Notes: generated by a model from the sequence alone, not told the origin. Numbered from the stretch's first letter, positions 42,533-53,036 are shown. The stretch is 64,000 nucleotides of DNA from an uncultured Gemmatimonadales bacterium (GCA_963788625.1 CAWBHB010000004.1:71358-135357); one strand, 5' to 3'. Made by a program: numbers and translations.

Positions 42533-44541
42533 AACTGCGGTCCATCCTGCTGCTCGCGGCGGCACTGCCCGGCCCGCTCCACGCGCAGAGCAAGAAGCCC
42601 CTCACGATCGACCAGTTCGTCACCATGCCCACCGTGGGCGACCCGCAGCTGTCGCCTGACGGCAAGCTCGTGGCCTACACCATCTCCACGCCTTCATTGG
42701 AGGAGAACCGCTCCACCACCCGAATCTGGCTGGTCGATGTTGTCAGCGGCGAAACCTGGCAGGCCACGACCGGCGCGGGCAGCGACCGGGCACCACGCTG
42801 GTCGCCGGACGGACGGACCCTGGGATTCATCTCGACCCGGGAAGGCGGCGCTCAGATCTGGCGGCTGCCGGCACGGGGCGGCGAGCCCACCAAGCTCACC
42901 AAGTTCGAGCCCGGAGTCGCCGATTTTCTCTGGTCGCCCGACGGCAAGGGATTGTTCTTCTGGTCCGACGTGAAATGGCCGGACTCCACCGAGGCGGAGA
43001 AGCGAGGCGGGAAGTATTCAACCGACGCGAAGATCTGGACCGACCTGTTCTATCGCCACTGGAATGAGTGGCGGATCGGGATCAGGCAACACGTCTTCAG
43101 AGTCTCCCTTCCGGACGGCGCCGTCACCGACCTGACGCCGATCGATCGCGACGTGCCGACTCTCGCCCTGGGCGGAGCCGACGTGGCAATTTCGCCGGTG
43201 GCGACGGAAGTAGCTGTGGTCTTCAATCCCGACTCCAATCTCGCTTCGACCACCAACAACGACATCTTCGTCATGGGCCCGGACGGCTCAACCCGTCAGG
43301 CCATTACGAGCAGCCCCGCCAACGACAACAGCCCGCTGTACTCGCCGGACAGCCGCTACATCGCCTATCTCGCGATGACGTCGCCGGGTTTCGAGGCCGA
43401 CCGCCAGAGCTGATGGTCTACGAGCGCGCCACGGGGCGCCGCGCGGCGGTGACGGCGAAGTGGGATCTCAGCATCCAGGCCTTCCAGTGGATGCCGGATT
43501 CCCGGGGAGTGATCGCCGAGGTCGAGGAACGCGGTGGCCACAATCTCTACCGCATCGAGGTCCCTGGCAGGCCGAACGACCCGCATCGTCAGCGGCGGGC
43601 TCAACACCGCGGTGCAGGTCCCGACCAAGGGCGAGTCGATGGTGTTCCTGCGCGAGTCTGCCACTCATCCCAAGGAGGTTTTCCTCTCCGGGCTCGACGG
43701 CAACAGGATGAAGCAGCTCACCAAGGTTCACGATGCGGCTCTCGCCGAGCTGGACCTGCCTCCGATGGACACCCTCCGTTTTGTCGGGGCTCAGGGCGAC
43801 TCGATCTTCGGCTGGCTGATCAAGCCGCCAGGCTTCGACTCCACGAAGCAGTATCCCCTGGTCTACCTGATTCACGGCGGTCCGCAGTCGGCCTGGCTCG
43901 ACCAATGGCATGCCCGTTGGAATTACGCCCTGTTTGCTTCGCGCGGATACGTCGTTGCGGCGGTCAACTTCCACGGCTCCACGGGCTACGGCCAGCTCTT
44001 CACCAACAGCATTTCCCGGAACTGGGGCGGGATTCCCTACGAAGACCTGATGAAGGGCCTGGATGTCGTCGCGGCGTTGCCCTTCGTGGACAAGGATCGG
44101 ATGGGGGCCGCGGGCGCGTCGTACGGCGGCTACATGATCTATTGGATGGCCGGCCAGACCGACCGGTTCAAGGTCCTGGTGGCCCACGACGGAATACTCA
44201 ATCCTTTGAGCATGACGGGAACCACGGAAGAGTTGTGGTTCCCGGCCTGGGAATTCGGCGGAACGCAATTGTCACAGGTGGCGCGTGCCGGCATGGAGAA
44301 GTGGTCTCCGGCGAACTACCTCGACAAATGGAAGACTCCCATGCTGGTGGTGCACGGCCAGCTCGACTATCGGGTGGATTTATCCGAGGGACTCCAGGCG
44401 TTCACCGCACTGCGCCTGCGCCACGTGCCGTCCAAGTTCCTGTACTTCCCCGACGAGGGGCACTGGGTCCTCGCAGCCCGAAACCGCCGCCTCTGGTGGA
44501 GCACTGTGCTGGACTGGCTGGATCAGTATCTTCGCCCGTAA
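42529..44541 (+). CDS. secreted S9-family serine peptidase (beta-propeller + alpha/beta hydrolase), two frame breaks (~43400, ~43570)
   Basis: Signal ...[32 protein letters not shown] (42529..43413); GASYGGYM nucleophile and [10 protein letters not shown] (43534..44541). Confidence 0.88.
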
Positions 44542-44577
44542 GCACGTTCAGACTTGGGGAGGGCGGGAAACCTGGCG

Positions 44578-44958
44578 ATGCGATCTCTCTTCATACGTTG
44601 GCTGATCAACACCCTGGCGCTCTACGTCGCGGTGCAGGTCGTGGATGGGCTGCACTACGACAAGGGACCCGTCGGCCTGCTGATCGTTGCCGCCATCTTC
44701 GGGCTGGTGAACAGTACTCTCCGGCCCATTCTTACCGTTCTCACCTGTCCTCTTGTGCTGCTCACGCTGGGACTCTTTACCCTGGTGATCAATGCCGTTC
44801 TCCTCATGATCACCGCCTGGCTCTCGGCGCAGTTCGATTTGGGTTTCCGAGTGGACGGCTTCTGGCCCGCGTTCTGGGCCGGACTCCTGATCGGCCTCGT
44901 GAGTGTGTTCCTCTCTCTGGCTGTAGGCGAAAAAGAGGTCAAAATCGACCGGGGGTGA
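44578..44958 (+). CDS. DUF360 / phage-holin-4_2-like small membrane protein
   Basis: MRSLFIRWLINTLALYVAVQVVDGL...STLRPILTVLTCPLVLLTLGLFTLVINA. Confidence 0.75.
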   Translation: MRSLFIRWLINTLALYVAVQVVDGLHYDKGPVGLLIVAAIFGLVNSTLRPILTVLTCPLVLLTLGLFTLVINAVLLMITAWLSAQFDLGFRVDGFWPAFWAGLLIGLVSVFLSLAVGEKEVKIDRG

Positions 44959-44960
44959 CC

Positions 44961-44988
44961 CCGTTACCCATCCGTTACACACCGTATT
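44961..44988 (+). promoter_or_regulatory. three phased direct repeats CCGT(T/A)(A/T)(C/T) upstream of ppk1, candidate winged-helix (PhoB/OmpR-type) regulator site
   Basis: ccgttac (44961-67), ccgttac (44972-78), ccgtatt (44982-88), giving spacings of 11 and 10 nt. They lie 38-65 nt before the ppk1 GTG. Confidence 0.25.
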
Positions 44989-45025
44989 CGCCCCCCATCA
45001 GCGGGCGGACATAGATTTTTTTCCT

Positions 45026-47191
45026 GTGACCGACCTGCATCTGACGGCCCCGCTCGGCGAAGCCGACCCCCCCGGTGATCTCCGTCACCCTTCGCTGTTT
45101 CTCAACCGCGAATTGTCCTGGCTGGAGTTCAATCGCCGGGTATTGCATGAGGCCCAGGATGCCCGCACGCCGCTGCTGGAGCGGCTCAAGTTTCTGGGGA
45201 TTTTCAGCTCGAACCTGGACGAGTTCTTCCAGATCCGGGTCGCCGGGCTCAAGGAACAGCTGGCGGCCGGCTACAGCGAGCGTACTCCCGACGGCCTGAC
45301 CCCGGAGCAGCAGCTCAAGGCCATTCGCGGCGTGGTCAGGGAAATGCTGCGCGAGCACTCCAAGTGCCTGCACGATGAAGTGCTTCCCGGGCTGGCCCGG
45401 CAGGGCCTGGCGGTACTCAATATTGCCGACTTGGCAGTGGAGGAGCGTCGCGCCCTGGATCGGTATTTCCAGTCCAATGTCTTCCCGGTACTGACTCCGT
45501 TGGTGGTAGATCCTGCCCATCCTTTCCCCTACATCTCGAATCTGAGCCTGTCACTCGCGGTGATTCTGCGCGGACAGGACGGTGAAGAGCGCTTCGCCCG
45601 GGTGAAGGTACCCAAGATCCTGCCCCGCTGGGTCCCGCTGGACTCGCCCCAGCGCTATGTACCGCTCGAGCAACTGATCAGCGCGAACATCGAGGCGTTG
45701 TTCCCCGGAGTGGAGATCCTGGGTTGTTCTCCGTTCCGGATCACCCGGAATACCGACTTCGAAGTGGATCACGACGAGGCGGAAGACCTGCTCAGCACCA
45801 TCCAGGAGAACCTGCGGAACCGCCGGTTTGGCGCGGTGGTCCGGCTCGAGGTAGCACCGGATCTTCCCCACTCGGTGCGCGATGTGCTCCTCGCGGAATT
45901 CAACGACGACCAGGCGGCAGCCGATTCGCCGCTCTCCCGGGACGACGTGTACGAAGTCGCCGGCCTGCTGGACACCGCCGATCTGCTCTCTCTGGCCTCG
46001 GCCGACATCCCGGCTCTTCGGGATCCGGTGTTCCATCCGGTCACCCAGCCGCGCCTCGCCGCGGGCCGCAACATGTTCGAGGTGATCCGCGAGGGAGATC
46101 TGCTGGTCCACCATCCCTACGACAGCTTCGCCACCTCGGTCGAGCGTTTCATCCAGGCCGCGGTGGATGATCCCGACGTGGTGGCCATCAAGCTCACGCT
46201 CTACCGCACCGGCGGTGATTCCAACATCGCGCGGATGCTGTGCCAGGCGGCGGAACGCGGCAAGCAGGTGGCGGTGCTGATCGAGTTGCAGGCCCGGTTC
46301 GACGAGGAGAACAACATCAGCTGGGCCAAGCGGCTGGAAGACGTGGGAGTGCACGTGAGCTACGGCGTGGCGGGACTCAAGACCCACAGCAAGGTGATGC
46401 TGGTGGTGCGCCGTGAGGGCGACGGCATGCGGCGCTACGTTCATCTGGGAACCGGCAACTACCACCCGAAGACATCCCGCCTCTACACCGACTTCGGGCT
46501 GTTCTCCTGCAATCCCGAGCTGGGCGCCGACCTCACCGACTTGTTCAACGTGCTCACCGGCTTTGCTTCGCCCACTCAGTACCGGAAGCTGATCGTGGCG
46601 CCAAAGGGCATGCGGGACGGCTTCCTGATGATGATCCATCGGGAGATCCAGCATGCGAGGACCGGCGCGCCCGCCCGGATCCTCGCGAAGATGAATGCGC
46701 TCACCGACCCGGAAATCATCACCGCGCTGTACGAGGCGTCCCGCGCTGGCGTAGAGGTCGATCTGATCGTCCGCGGGATCTGTTGCCTCCGCCCGGGTAC
46801 CCCCGGCGTGAGCGACCGGATCCGGGTGATCAGTATCATCGGCCGCTTCCTCGAGCACTCGCGGGCCTTCTGGTTCCTGAACGGCGGCAGCGAGGAGGTC
46901 TACATCGGGTCGGCGGACTGGATGCCGCGTAACCTTGACCGGCGGATCGAGGCGGTGGTGCCGGTGGAGGACCCGGTGCATCGTGCGGCCCTGCGGGACC
47001 TGCTTTCACTCATGTGGGCAGACAACCGGCAGGCCTGGGTGCTCGGCTCCGATGGGACCTACAGTCAGCGGCGGCCGCCGGCCGGGGAAGACGAGCGCGG
47101 CACTCACCGGCTGCTCACCGATGCGTGCCGCGACGGGGGACGCTCTCCGACCGCGGAATTCTCCGCGGCTGCTCGCGCCTCTAGTACCTGA
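45026..47191 (+). CDS. ppk1: polyphosphate kinase 1
   Basis: Uninterrupted 721 aa. FLNRELSWLEFNRRVL, FSSNLDEFFQIRVAG, HSKVMLVVRRE, GSADWMPRNLDRRIE. Confidence 0.95.
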   Translation: MTDLHLTAPLGEADPPGDLRHPSLFLNRELSWLEFNRRVLHEAQDARTPLLERLKFLGIFSSNLDEFFQIRVAGLKEQLAAGYSERTPDGLTPEQQLKAIRGVVREMLREHSKCLHDEVLPGLARQGLAVLNIADLAVEERRALDRYFQSNVFPVLTPLVVDPAHPFPYISNLSLSLAVILRGQDGEERFARVKVPKILPRWVPLDSPQRYVPLEQLISANIEALFPGVEILGCSPFRITRNTDFEVDHDEAEDLLSTIQENLRNRRFGAVVRLEVAPDLPHSVRDVLLAEFNDDQAAADSPLSRDDVYEVAGLLDTADLLSLASADIPALRDPVFHPVTQPRLAAGRNMFEVIREGDLLVHHPYDSFATSVERFIQAAVDDPDVVAIKLTLYRTGGDSNIARMLCQAAERGKQVAVLIELQARFDEENNISWAKRLEDVGVHVSYGVAGLKTHSKVMLVVRREGDGMRRYVHLGTGNYHPKTSRLYTDFGLFSCNPELGADLTDLFNVLTGFASPTQYRKLIVAPKGMRDGFLMMIHREIQHARTGAPARILAKMNALTDPEIITALYEASRAGVEVDLIVRGICCLRPGTPGVSDRIRVISIIGRFLEHSRAFWFLNGGSEEVYIGSADWMPRNLDRRIEAVVPVEDPVHRAALRDLLSLMWADNRQAWVLGSDGTYSQRRPPAGEDERGTHRLLTDACRDGGRSPTAEFSAAARASST

Positions 47192-48278
47192 GGTTCGCCG
47201 CTTCGGCGAACTTCTTGAACAGTTCCTCCTGCTCCGGCGTCATCTGCTCAGGTACCTCCACCTGTATCTGCACCAGTTGATCGCCTTTGCGACCTCCCTT
47301 CTCCAACCCCAAGCCCTTGATCCGGAATTTCCGGCCGGACTGAGTGCCGGCGGGAACCTTCAGCACGACTTTCTTGCCATCCAGGGTCCGCACCCGTAGC
47401 CGGGTTCCCAGGGCGGCCTGGGCGACATTGATCGGAACCTCGCAGACCAGGTCGAGCCCATCGCGGTGGAAGAAACGATCCGGTTGCACCTGGAAGGTGA
47501 CGAGCAGGTCCCCGGGCGGCTCGCCGGGGCGGGCTGAACCACCCTGCCCCTTGAGGCGGATTCGCGCCCCGGTCTCGGTGCCCGGTGGAACCGTGATCAG
47601 CACCTGACGTTCGACTCGCGTCTCCCCCGCACCATGACAGACCGGGCATGGCGTGCTGGGGATCTTGCCGCGGCCCCGGCATTTGGGGCAGGGCCGGCTC
47701 ACGGCGAAGCTCCCCTGTCCGAAGGTCACGGTGCCGCGGCCGTTGCACTCGGGACAAGTCTGCAGCTTGGCGCCCTTCGCGGCGCCACTCCCACCACACT
47801 CCGAACAGGTCTCATTGACCGGCAGGGTGACGGGAACCTTGCCTCCCAGTGCCGCTACCCGGAAGGGAATCTCGACCAGGGTCTCCAGCGTTTCGCTGAC
47901 CGGCTCGTCCCGGCGGGTGCGACCGAAGATGGACGAGAAAATGTCGCCCAGACCACCCAGGCCACTGAGGTCGCTGACATCGAAGTCCTCGACACTCGGC
48001 CCCGCGCCCGGACCCCCACTCCTGCGGCCGGCACCACTGGAAGGGCGCTGCGGGTCGAACGCGCCATAGCGGCGCATCGCGTCGTAATGCTTTCGCTTGT
48101 CCGGGTCGGACAGCACGGTGTGCGCCTCGGAAACCTCCTTGAAGCGCTCAGCCGCCGACGGATTGTTGGGATTGGCGTCGGGGTGATACTGCTTGGCGAG
48201 TCGCCGGTAGGCCTTCTTGACGTCCTCGGGAGTCGCCGTGTCCGGGACGCCGAGGACCTGGTAGAAGTCCTTCGCCAC
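47181..48278 (-). CDS. dnaJ: molecular chaperone DnaJ
   Basis: Uninterrupted 365 aa. J-domain DFYQVLGV...YHPDAN, G-rich linker, four CxxCxGxG repeats (CSECGGSG, CPECNGRG, CPKCRGRG, CPVCHGAG). Confidence 0.93.
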   Translation of the reverse strand: MAKDFYQVLGVPDTATPEDVKKAYRRLAKQYHPDANPNNPSAAERFKEVSEAHTVLSDPDKRKHYDAMRRYGAFDPQRPSSGAGRRSGGPGAGPSVEDFDVSDLSGLGGLGDIFSSIFGRTRRDEPVSETLETLVEIPFRVAALGGKVPVTLPVNETCSECGGSGAAKGAKLQTCPECNGRGTVTFGQGSFAVSRPCPKCRGRGKIPSTPCPVCHGAGETRVERQVLITVPPGTETGARIRLKGQGGSARPGEPPGDLLVTFQVQPDRFFHRDGLDLVCEVPINVAQAALGTRLRVRTLDGKKVVLKVPAGTQSGRKFRIKGLGLEKGGRKGDQLVQIQVEVPEQMTPEQEELFKKFAEAANLRY

Positions 48279-48280
48279 GT

Positions 48281-48862
48281 TTAGACGTGTCCTTCGCTGG
48301 AGAAGACCTGAACCCGGGCCGGCCGGAGCAGCGACCCCTTGAAGCGATAACCCGGCTGGAACGTGGCGCTCACGGTGTGGTCGCTCGCCGGATCAGGCGC
48401 GGGAACTACCGAGACCGCCTCGTGAAGACTCGGATCGAAGGGGGCGCCGACGGGATCGATTCGCTCAAGACCGGCGGCCTCGAGTTCTTTCCGGAGTTTT
48501 CTCTCGATGAGAATCAAAGCCTGCTGCACCACGTCGCTCTCACTCAGCTGGCCGCCGCTTTCAACGCGGTCGAGGTCATCCAGTACATCCAGCAGCTTTC
48601 CAGCGAGCGTGGCCTGTGCGCGATCGGTGAGCTCGAGCCGTTCCCTGGCCACGCGCTTCCGGAAATTGTCGTACTCGGCAGCCAGGCGGACATGGCGGTC
48701 GCGCAATTCGTCGAGTTCTGCTTCCAGCCGCTTTACCGCCTCTTCGCTCAATTCTGCGGGCAGGCCCACCGCCCCTACGGCAGTCTCCGGAGGTGTCTGC
48801 TCCCCATCAGGAGGTGGAACGCCCTCCGGCCCCTCGCTGCTAACATGCGGTTTCTTCATCAC
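48281..48862 (-). CDS. grpE: nucleotide exchange factor GrpE
   Basis: Uninterrupted 193 aa. LRLAAEYDNFRKR, DPSLHEAV. Its stop is 2 nt before the dnaJ start. Confidence 0.92.
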   Translation of the reverse strand: MMKKPHVSSEGPEGVPPPDGEQTPPETAVGAVGLPAELSEEAVKRLEAELDELRDRHVRLAAEYDNFRKRVARERLELTDRAQATLAGKLLDVLDDLDRVESGGQLSESDVVQQALILIERKLRKELEAAGLERIDPVGAPFDPSLHEAVSVVPAPDPASDHTVSATFQPGYRFKGSLLRPARVQVFSSEGHV

Positions 48863-49109
48863 TTAAGCTCTCAATGTTGACCGACTTTGCTCCGAAAGAT
48901 AGCAGTGCGCGGAAGGGGTCGAAATGTAGGCCAAGGTGGCACTCAAGAGGAGTACGACCCAGAGGCTGCTGGCGCGAGAAACCCCCAGAAGCTATGAGTA
49001 GTACCGGGTCACCCCCTTTCGGGGCGGCGTTACATCCCGCCATTACCGCCAACTCAACGCTCCGGAGAGGTCCCGGAGGTCACCCAGCCTTGGAAACCAC
49101 GGAGCGACC

Positions 49110-50193
49110 ATGACAGAGGCCCCTCGCGAACTTCCGCGAACGACCATCGCGGTAGTCACTATCCTCTTCCTGCTGATCTCGTCCCTCTATCATCGTGCAG
49201 CCGCTGCTGGGAGCAGTCATCTGGGCCACGATGATCGTGGTCGCGACCTGGCCTGTGTTCATTAGTCTCCAGCGACGGCTTTGGGGAAAGCGGGCACTTG
49301 CCGTCACGGGCATGACTCTCGCCTTGTTCCTGCTGTTTGCGGTCCCGATCGGGCTGGCAGTCGGTTCCGTCGCCGGCCGTCTGGGAGAGATGGAGTCGGG
49401 GGGACTCAACAAAATCACGGTTCCCGCCCCTCCGGCGTGGGTGCATGGTGTGCCGCTGATTGGTCCCAAGCTTGATGCTGCGTGGCAAGAGGTTTTCTCC
49501 GGCAAGGTGGATTTCGCTACCAAGGTCCAACCGTACCTCAAGAACGTCGTCGCGTGGCTGGGCCGCAAGGCAGGAAGCTTCCTGGCACTGGTGGTCCAAT
49601 TGATCGTCATCGTGATAGCCGCAGCAATCCTCTACGCCAATGGAGAGACGGCAGCTACCGGGGTGCGACGATTCGCCGAGCGTCTGGCCGGCGAGCGAGG
49701 AGACCGGGTGATCGTTCTGGCGGGACAGGCCATCCGTGGTGTGGCTCTGGGAGTGGTGGTGACCGCGATATTGCAGACAGCGCTGAGCGGGCTCGGCCTG
49801 TGGCTCTTCGGTATTCCACAGGCGGCATTCCTCACCGCCATCATCTTCATGTTCTGCGTCGCACAGATTGGCCCTGCGCTCATCATGTTTCCCGCGGTCG
49901 CCTGGATGTACTACAGCGCCTCATCGGGGAAGGCCACGCTGTTTCTCCTTTGGACCCTGGTTTGCGTCACCATGGACAACATCCTCCGGCCCATCCTGAT
50001 CAAACGGGGCGCCGACCTGCCGTTGCCGCTGGTCTTCCTCGGCGTGATCGGAGGACTGATCGGGTTCGGGATAATTGGGATCTTCGTAGGGCCCGTGGTG
50101 CTCGCGGTGACCTACACCCTGCTGATCTGGTGGGTGAAGGAGGTCCCGGTCGGGGAATCCCCCAAGGAGTCAGCCCCACCGGCACAGGGCTGA
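49110..50193 (+). CDS. AI-2E family transporter (PerM-like permease), one frame break near 49185
   Basis: MTEAPRELPRTTIAVVTILFLLI (ATG 49110), then ORF 49195..50193 with ILRPILIKRGADLPLPLVFLGVIGGLIGFGIIGIFVGPVVLAV. Confidence 0.85.
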
Positions 50194-50211
50194 ATCCCAA
50201 CGGAGAGCCTC

Positions 50212-50880
50212 TCAGCCGCCGAGCGCAAGAGTGAGCGCGGCCAGCACGACGCCGAAACCTGCCATCAGAAGCCCGCCCCGCAGGGCTGGTTGCCCGGTGG
50301 TCCGCCCATAGGCCGCGCCGAGCACAAAGAGCATTACCAGCGCGATGGCGTGAGAGAGGCGCAGCGCGCGGTGAATCTCGGTCATGAACACGAAGGGTGC
50401 GATCAGCGGAAGGGTCGAGAGAAAAACCAGCAGGAACACGACGCCGGCTCCTCGAAGATCGCTCCAATTGAGGTGGGGAGCCGGCGCTTGCGGCATGGTG
50501 CGCAGCTTCCGGATCATGTGGTCGAGATGGGCCGGCTCGAGTAACGCCACCGCCTCGCTGGGCAGCCAGTTCCTCAGGGCCTCGATGGCCGAGGCTTCGC
50601 CTGTGGCCTCGCGGATGGCCCGCCCGACGAGGTACGTCCGGCGCCGTTCCGCCACCCGGAACATCACGAGAATGAAGCCGTCGACGATTCCCCACGCGAT
50701 GTTGCAACCCAAGGCACCGCGCAGCATCTCCTGCACGTCAGCCTGTCCCGCCTCGGCGACACTGAGCGATCCGGTAAACGTCAGAACCATGATGACGCCG
50801 AACAGCACCTCCGAGATCCGGTCTGCCGGATCGAGAATGCTTCCGAAGGATGCGGGTGAGTGCGGGTGCACGTGGACCAT
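50212..50880 (-). CDS. VIT1/CCC1-family (iron/manganese transporter-like) membrane protein
   Basis: Uninterrupted 222 aa. ISEVLFGVIMVLTFTGSLS..., C-terminal helices LRLSHAIALVMLFVLGAAYG. Confidence 0.65.
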   Translation of the reverse strand: MVHVHPHSPASFGSILDPADRISEVLFGVIMVLTFTGSLSVAEAGQADVQEMLRGALGCNIAWGIVDGFILVMFRVAERRRTYLVGRAIREATGEASAIEALRNWLPSEAVALLEPAHLDHMIRKLRTMPQAPAPHLNWSDLRGAGVVFLLVFLSTLPLIAPFVFMTEIHRALRLSHAIALVMLFVLGAAYGRTTGQPALRGGLLMAGFGVVLAALTLALGG

Positions 50881-50948
50881 GAGGATCTCGTGTCGGTAGG
50901 TAGGATCTCACCGTCGTGAATGGCAACTGCATGGTGCGCGGGTGACCG

Positions 50949-52205
50949 TCACCCTGGTGACGGGCTCACTCCTTCCAGCAGCCGCCAGAGCTGGAAGAGC
51001 GCGGCCTGAGCAGCCCGGCCCCGAACGTCGTCTCGACTGCCAGGGAACTGGTAGCGCAGGCAGGTGCTCTCGCCCCCGACTGCCGCCGCGACGTAGACCA
51101 GTCCCACCGGTTTCTCCGGCGTGCCTCCGCCCGGCCCCGCGATCCCGGTGACCGCCATCGCGGCATCCGCGCCCAGAACCTGGACGGCTCCCGTCGCCAT
51201 CGCGCGAGCCACTCGCTCACTCACCGCGCCTTCCTCGACGATGAGCTGCGCCGACACGTTCAGCTCTCCCACCTTCGCGGCATTACTGTAGGCGACAATA
51301 CCACCGAGGTAGACCTCGGAGCTCCCGGGAACTTCGGTGAGTCGGGCACCGACCAGCCCTCCGGTACAGGACTCGGCGGTAGCGAGAGAGAGGCCGAGCC
51401 GTCGGGCCTGATTGAGGAGCAATGCCGCGAGGTCGTCCTCGTCCTCGCCGTAGACCGGATCGCCAATCCGGGATCGCAACAGTTGGATCCCCGCTTCGAG
51501 CCGGGTATCGGCCTCCGCCGCGGGAAGGTCCCACGCCGTGAGCCTGAGATCGACGCCGGTGATGCCCGGGAGATACGCAAGGGAGAGGGGGGCAACCTCG
51601 CTCTCGACAGCAGTCAATTTCTCGGCGAGGCTGGACTCGGGAACACCCCAGGTGCGTACCGCCCGGGAGCGGACCACTCCGGTACCTGCGCGAGTGGAGA
51701 GCCGGGGCAGCACCTCGTGGATGAGGAGGTTCCGCATCTCATTCGGCACCCCGGGAAGCAGGATTGCGACGCCGGGCGCTCCCTCGAGCCACAATCCTGG
51801 TGCGGTCCCCCAGCGATTGGGGAGGATGGTGGCACCCCGAGGCACCTCGGCCTGGCAGCGATTGGCCGGGGCCGGCACCCTTCCCATGCGAGCGAACCGT
51901 GCGACCAGCGCGTCCCAGACCGACTGCTGGAATTCGAGTGGCGCCTGAAACAGCTCGGCGACCGCCTTCTTGGTGACATCGTCCGCAGTGGGACCGAGGC
52001 CGCCGGTCACCAGGACGACTCCGGCCCGGGCGAGCGCTGACGCCACGGCATCCCGGATTGCCTCGGCGTCGTCACCCACCGTGGTGCGCCGAGCCACGCT
52101 GACTCCGGCCCCGGCGAGGGTGCGTCCGATCTCAGCCGAGTTGGTATCGACGGTGAAGCCGAGAAGCAGCTCGGTGCCGACGGTGAGAAGTTCGATGGAT
52201 GACAT
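50949..52205 (-). CDS. cinA: CinA (competence/damage-inducible protein; MoCF-binding + nicotinamide-nucleotide amidase domains)
   Basis: Uninterrupted 418 aa. IELLTVGTELLLGFTVDTNSAEIG, VLVTGGLGPTADDVT, TAESCTGGL. Confidence 0.92.
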   Translation of the reverse strand: MSSIELLTVGTELLLGFTVDTNSAEIGRTLAGAGVSVARRTTVGDDAEAIRDAVASALARAGVVLVTGGLGPTADDVTKKAVAELFQAPLEFQQSVWDALVARFARMGRVPAPANRCQAEVPRGATILPNRWGTAPGLWLEGAPGVAILLPGVPNEMRNLLIHEVLPRLSTRAGTGVVRSRAVRTWGVPESSLAEKLTAVESEVAPLSLAYLPGITGVDLRLTAWDLPAAEADTRLEAGIQLLRSRIGDPVYGEDEDDLAALLLNQARRLGLSLATAESCTGGLVGARLTEVPGSSEVYLGGIVAYSNAAKVGELNVSAQLIVEEGAVSERVARAMATGAVQVLGADAAMAVTGIAGPGGGTPEKPVGLVYVAAAVGGESTCLRYQFPGSRDDVRGRAAQAALFQLWRLLEGVSPSPG

Positions 52206-52210
52206 GCAGA

Positions 52211-52283
52211 GATGGCCGTCAGCCGTCAGCCGTCAGCGAGAAGCTGTTCAGTACCGAAGGCTGAGGGCTGATGGCTAACGGCC
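52211..52283. repeat. heptamer-armed hairpin (unit GCCGTCA)
   Basis: gatggccgtcagccgtcagccgtcagc (52211-37) pairs with ggctgagggctgatggctaacggcc (52259-83). Same unit as the 11461 locus. The right arm overlaps the pgsA stop. Confidence 0.88.
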
Positions 52284-52910
52284 CTTATGGAACAGAGTCC
52301 GGTAGTGGTACATGTAGACCACGAACGAATACACCGTCAGCACGGTCGCCAGGGCGAGGGTGAGGGCCACCACACCGCCGTGGAATTCATTCCAGTACTC
52401 GGCGATCCGGTTGTGCTCCCAGCCCATCGGTTTGCGGGCATCGCGGAAGGTGAACCACAGAAAGGTGGCGCCGATGTAAATGTTCTGGATCGTGGCCTTG
52501 AGCTTCCCGGCGGTGCCGGCGGGGATCACCACGCCCTGCCGCTGGGCCCACCAGCGGAACCCGGTCATCGCGACTTCGCGGCCGATCAGCAGCAGGCAGA
52601 CCCAGAGTGGGATGCTGCCCCAGACCGGAATGTCGTACAGGTCGTGCCGGGTGCGGGAGATCCAGTAGATGGGAATGATGGTGGCGAAGAGGAGCAGCTT
52701 GTCCGCGATGGGGTCGAGCAGTTTGCCGAGGTCAGTGACCAGGTTGCGGCTGCGGGCGAGATAACCGTCGATGATGTCGGTAACGGCGGCGAAGATGAAA
52801 ATCGCGAAGCAGATCAGCTTGGGCCAGTAACCGTCAATGAACGGCAGGAGCGCGATGACCGGGGTGAGCCCGATGCGGATCAGGGTGAGGATGTTGGGGA
52901 GGTTCCACAT
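52275..52910 (-). CDS. pgsA: CDP-diacylglycerol--glycerol-3-phosphate 3-phosphatidyltransferase
   Basis: Uninterrupted 211 aa. NLPNILTLIRI, AAVTDIIDGYLAR...GKLLDPIADKLL (CDP-alcohol phosphatidyltransferase motif). Confidence 0.92.
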   Translation of the reverse strand: MWNLPNILTLIRIGLTPVIALLPFIDGYWPKLICFAIFIFAAVTDIIDGYLARSRNLVTDLGKLLDPIADKLLLFATIIPIYWISRTRHDLYDIPVWGSIPLWVCLLLIGREVAMTGFRWWAQRQGVVIPAGTAGKLKATIQNIYIGATFLWFTFRDARKPMGWEHNRIAEYWNEFHGGVVALTLALATVLTVYSFVVYMYHYRTLFHKGR

Positions 52911-52917
52911 CTTTTAT

Positions 52918-53028
52918 CCGAGTACCTGGTACCGAGTACCGGGTACCGAGTACTTCCAGCGAGATGACCTAGCAACAAGTGGGTGAGACGCCTGCCATCA
53001 CTGATACGCGGTACTCGGTACTCGGTAC
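52918..53028. repeat. heptamer-armed hairpin (units CCGAGTA / CCnGGTA)
   Basis: ccgagtacctggtaccgagtaccgggtaccgagtac (52918-53) pairs with gtactcggtactcggtac (53011-28). Confidence 0.88.
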
Positions 53029-53036
53029 TTTGACAG

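Noticed and set aside
43068-45014. 648-aa plus-strand ORF
   Set aside because: Out-of-frame read-through of the S9 peptidase and DUF360 genes. The true frames carry the catalytic GASYGGYM motif and the TM helices.
48863-49109. CIRCE or sigma-32 promoter upstream of grpE
   Set aside because: The best CIRCE-like match (GGCACTC-N5-GAGTAC) has the wrong spacing and poor half-sites. The sigma-32-like CTTGGC...CCCCTT pair has only an ~11-nt spacer.
50881-50948. IdeR/DtxR-like iron box (TAGGTAGGATCTCACC), or a Mn riboswitch, upstream of the VIT-family gene
   Set aside because: The sequence is not palindromic and matches the 19-bp iron-box consensus poorly. The 68-nt gap is too short for a yybP-ykoY-type riboswitch.
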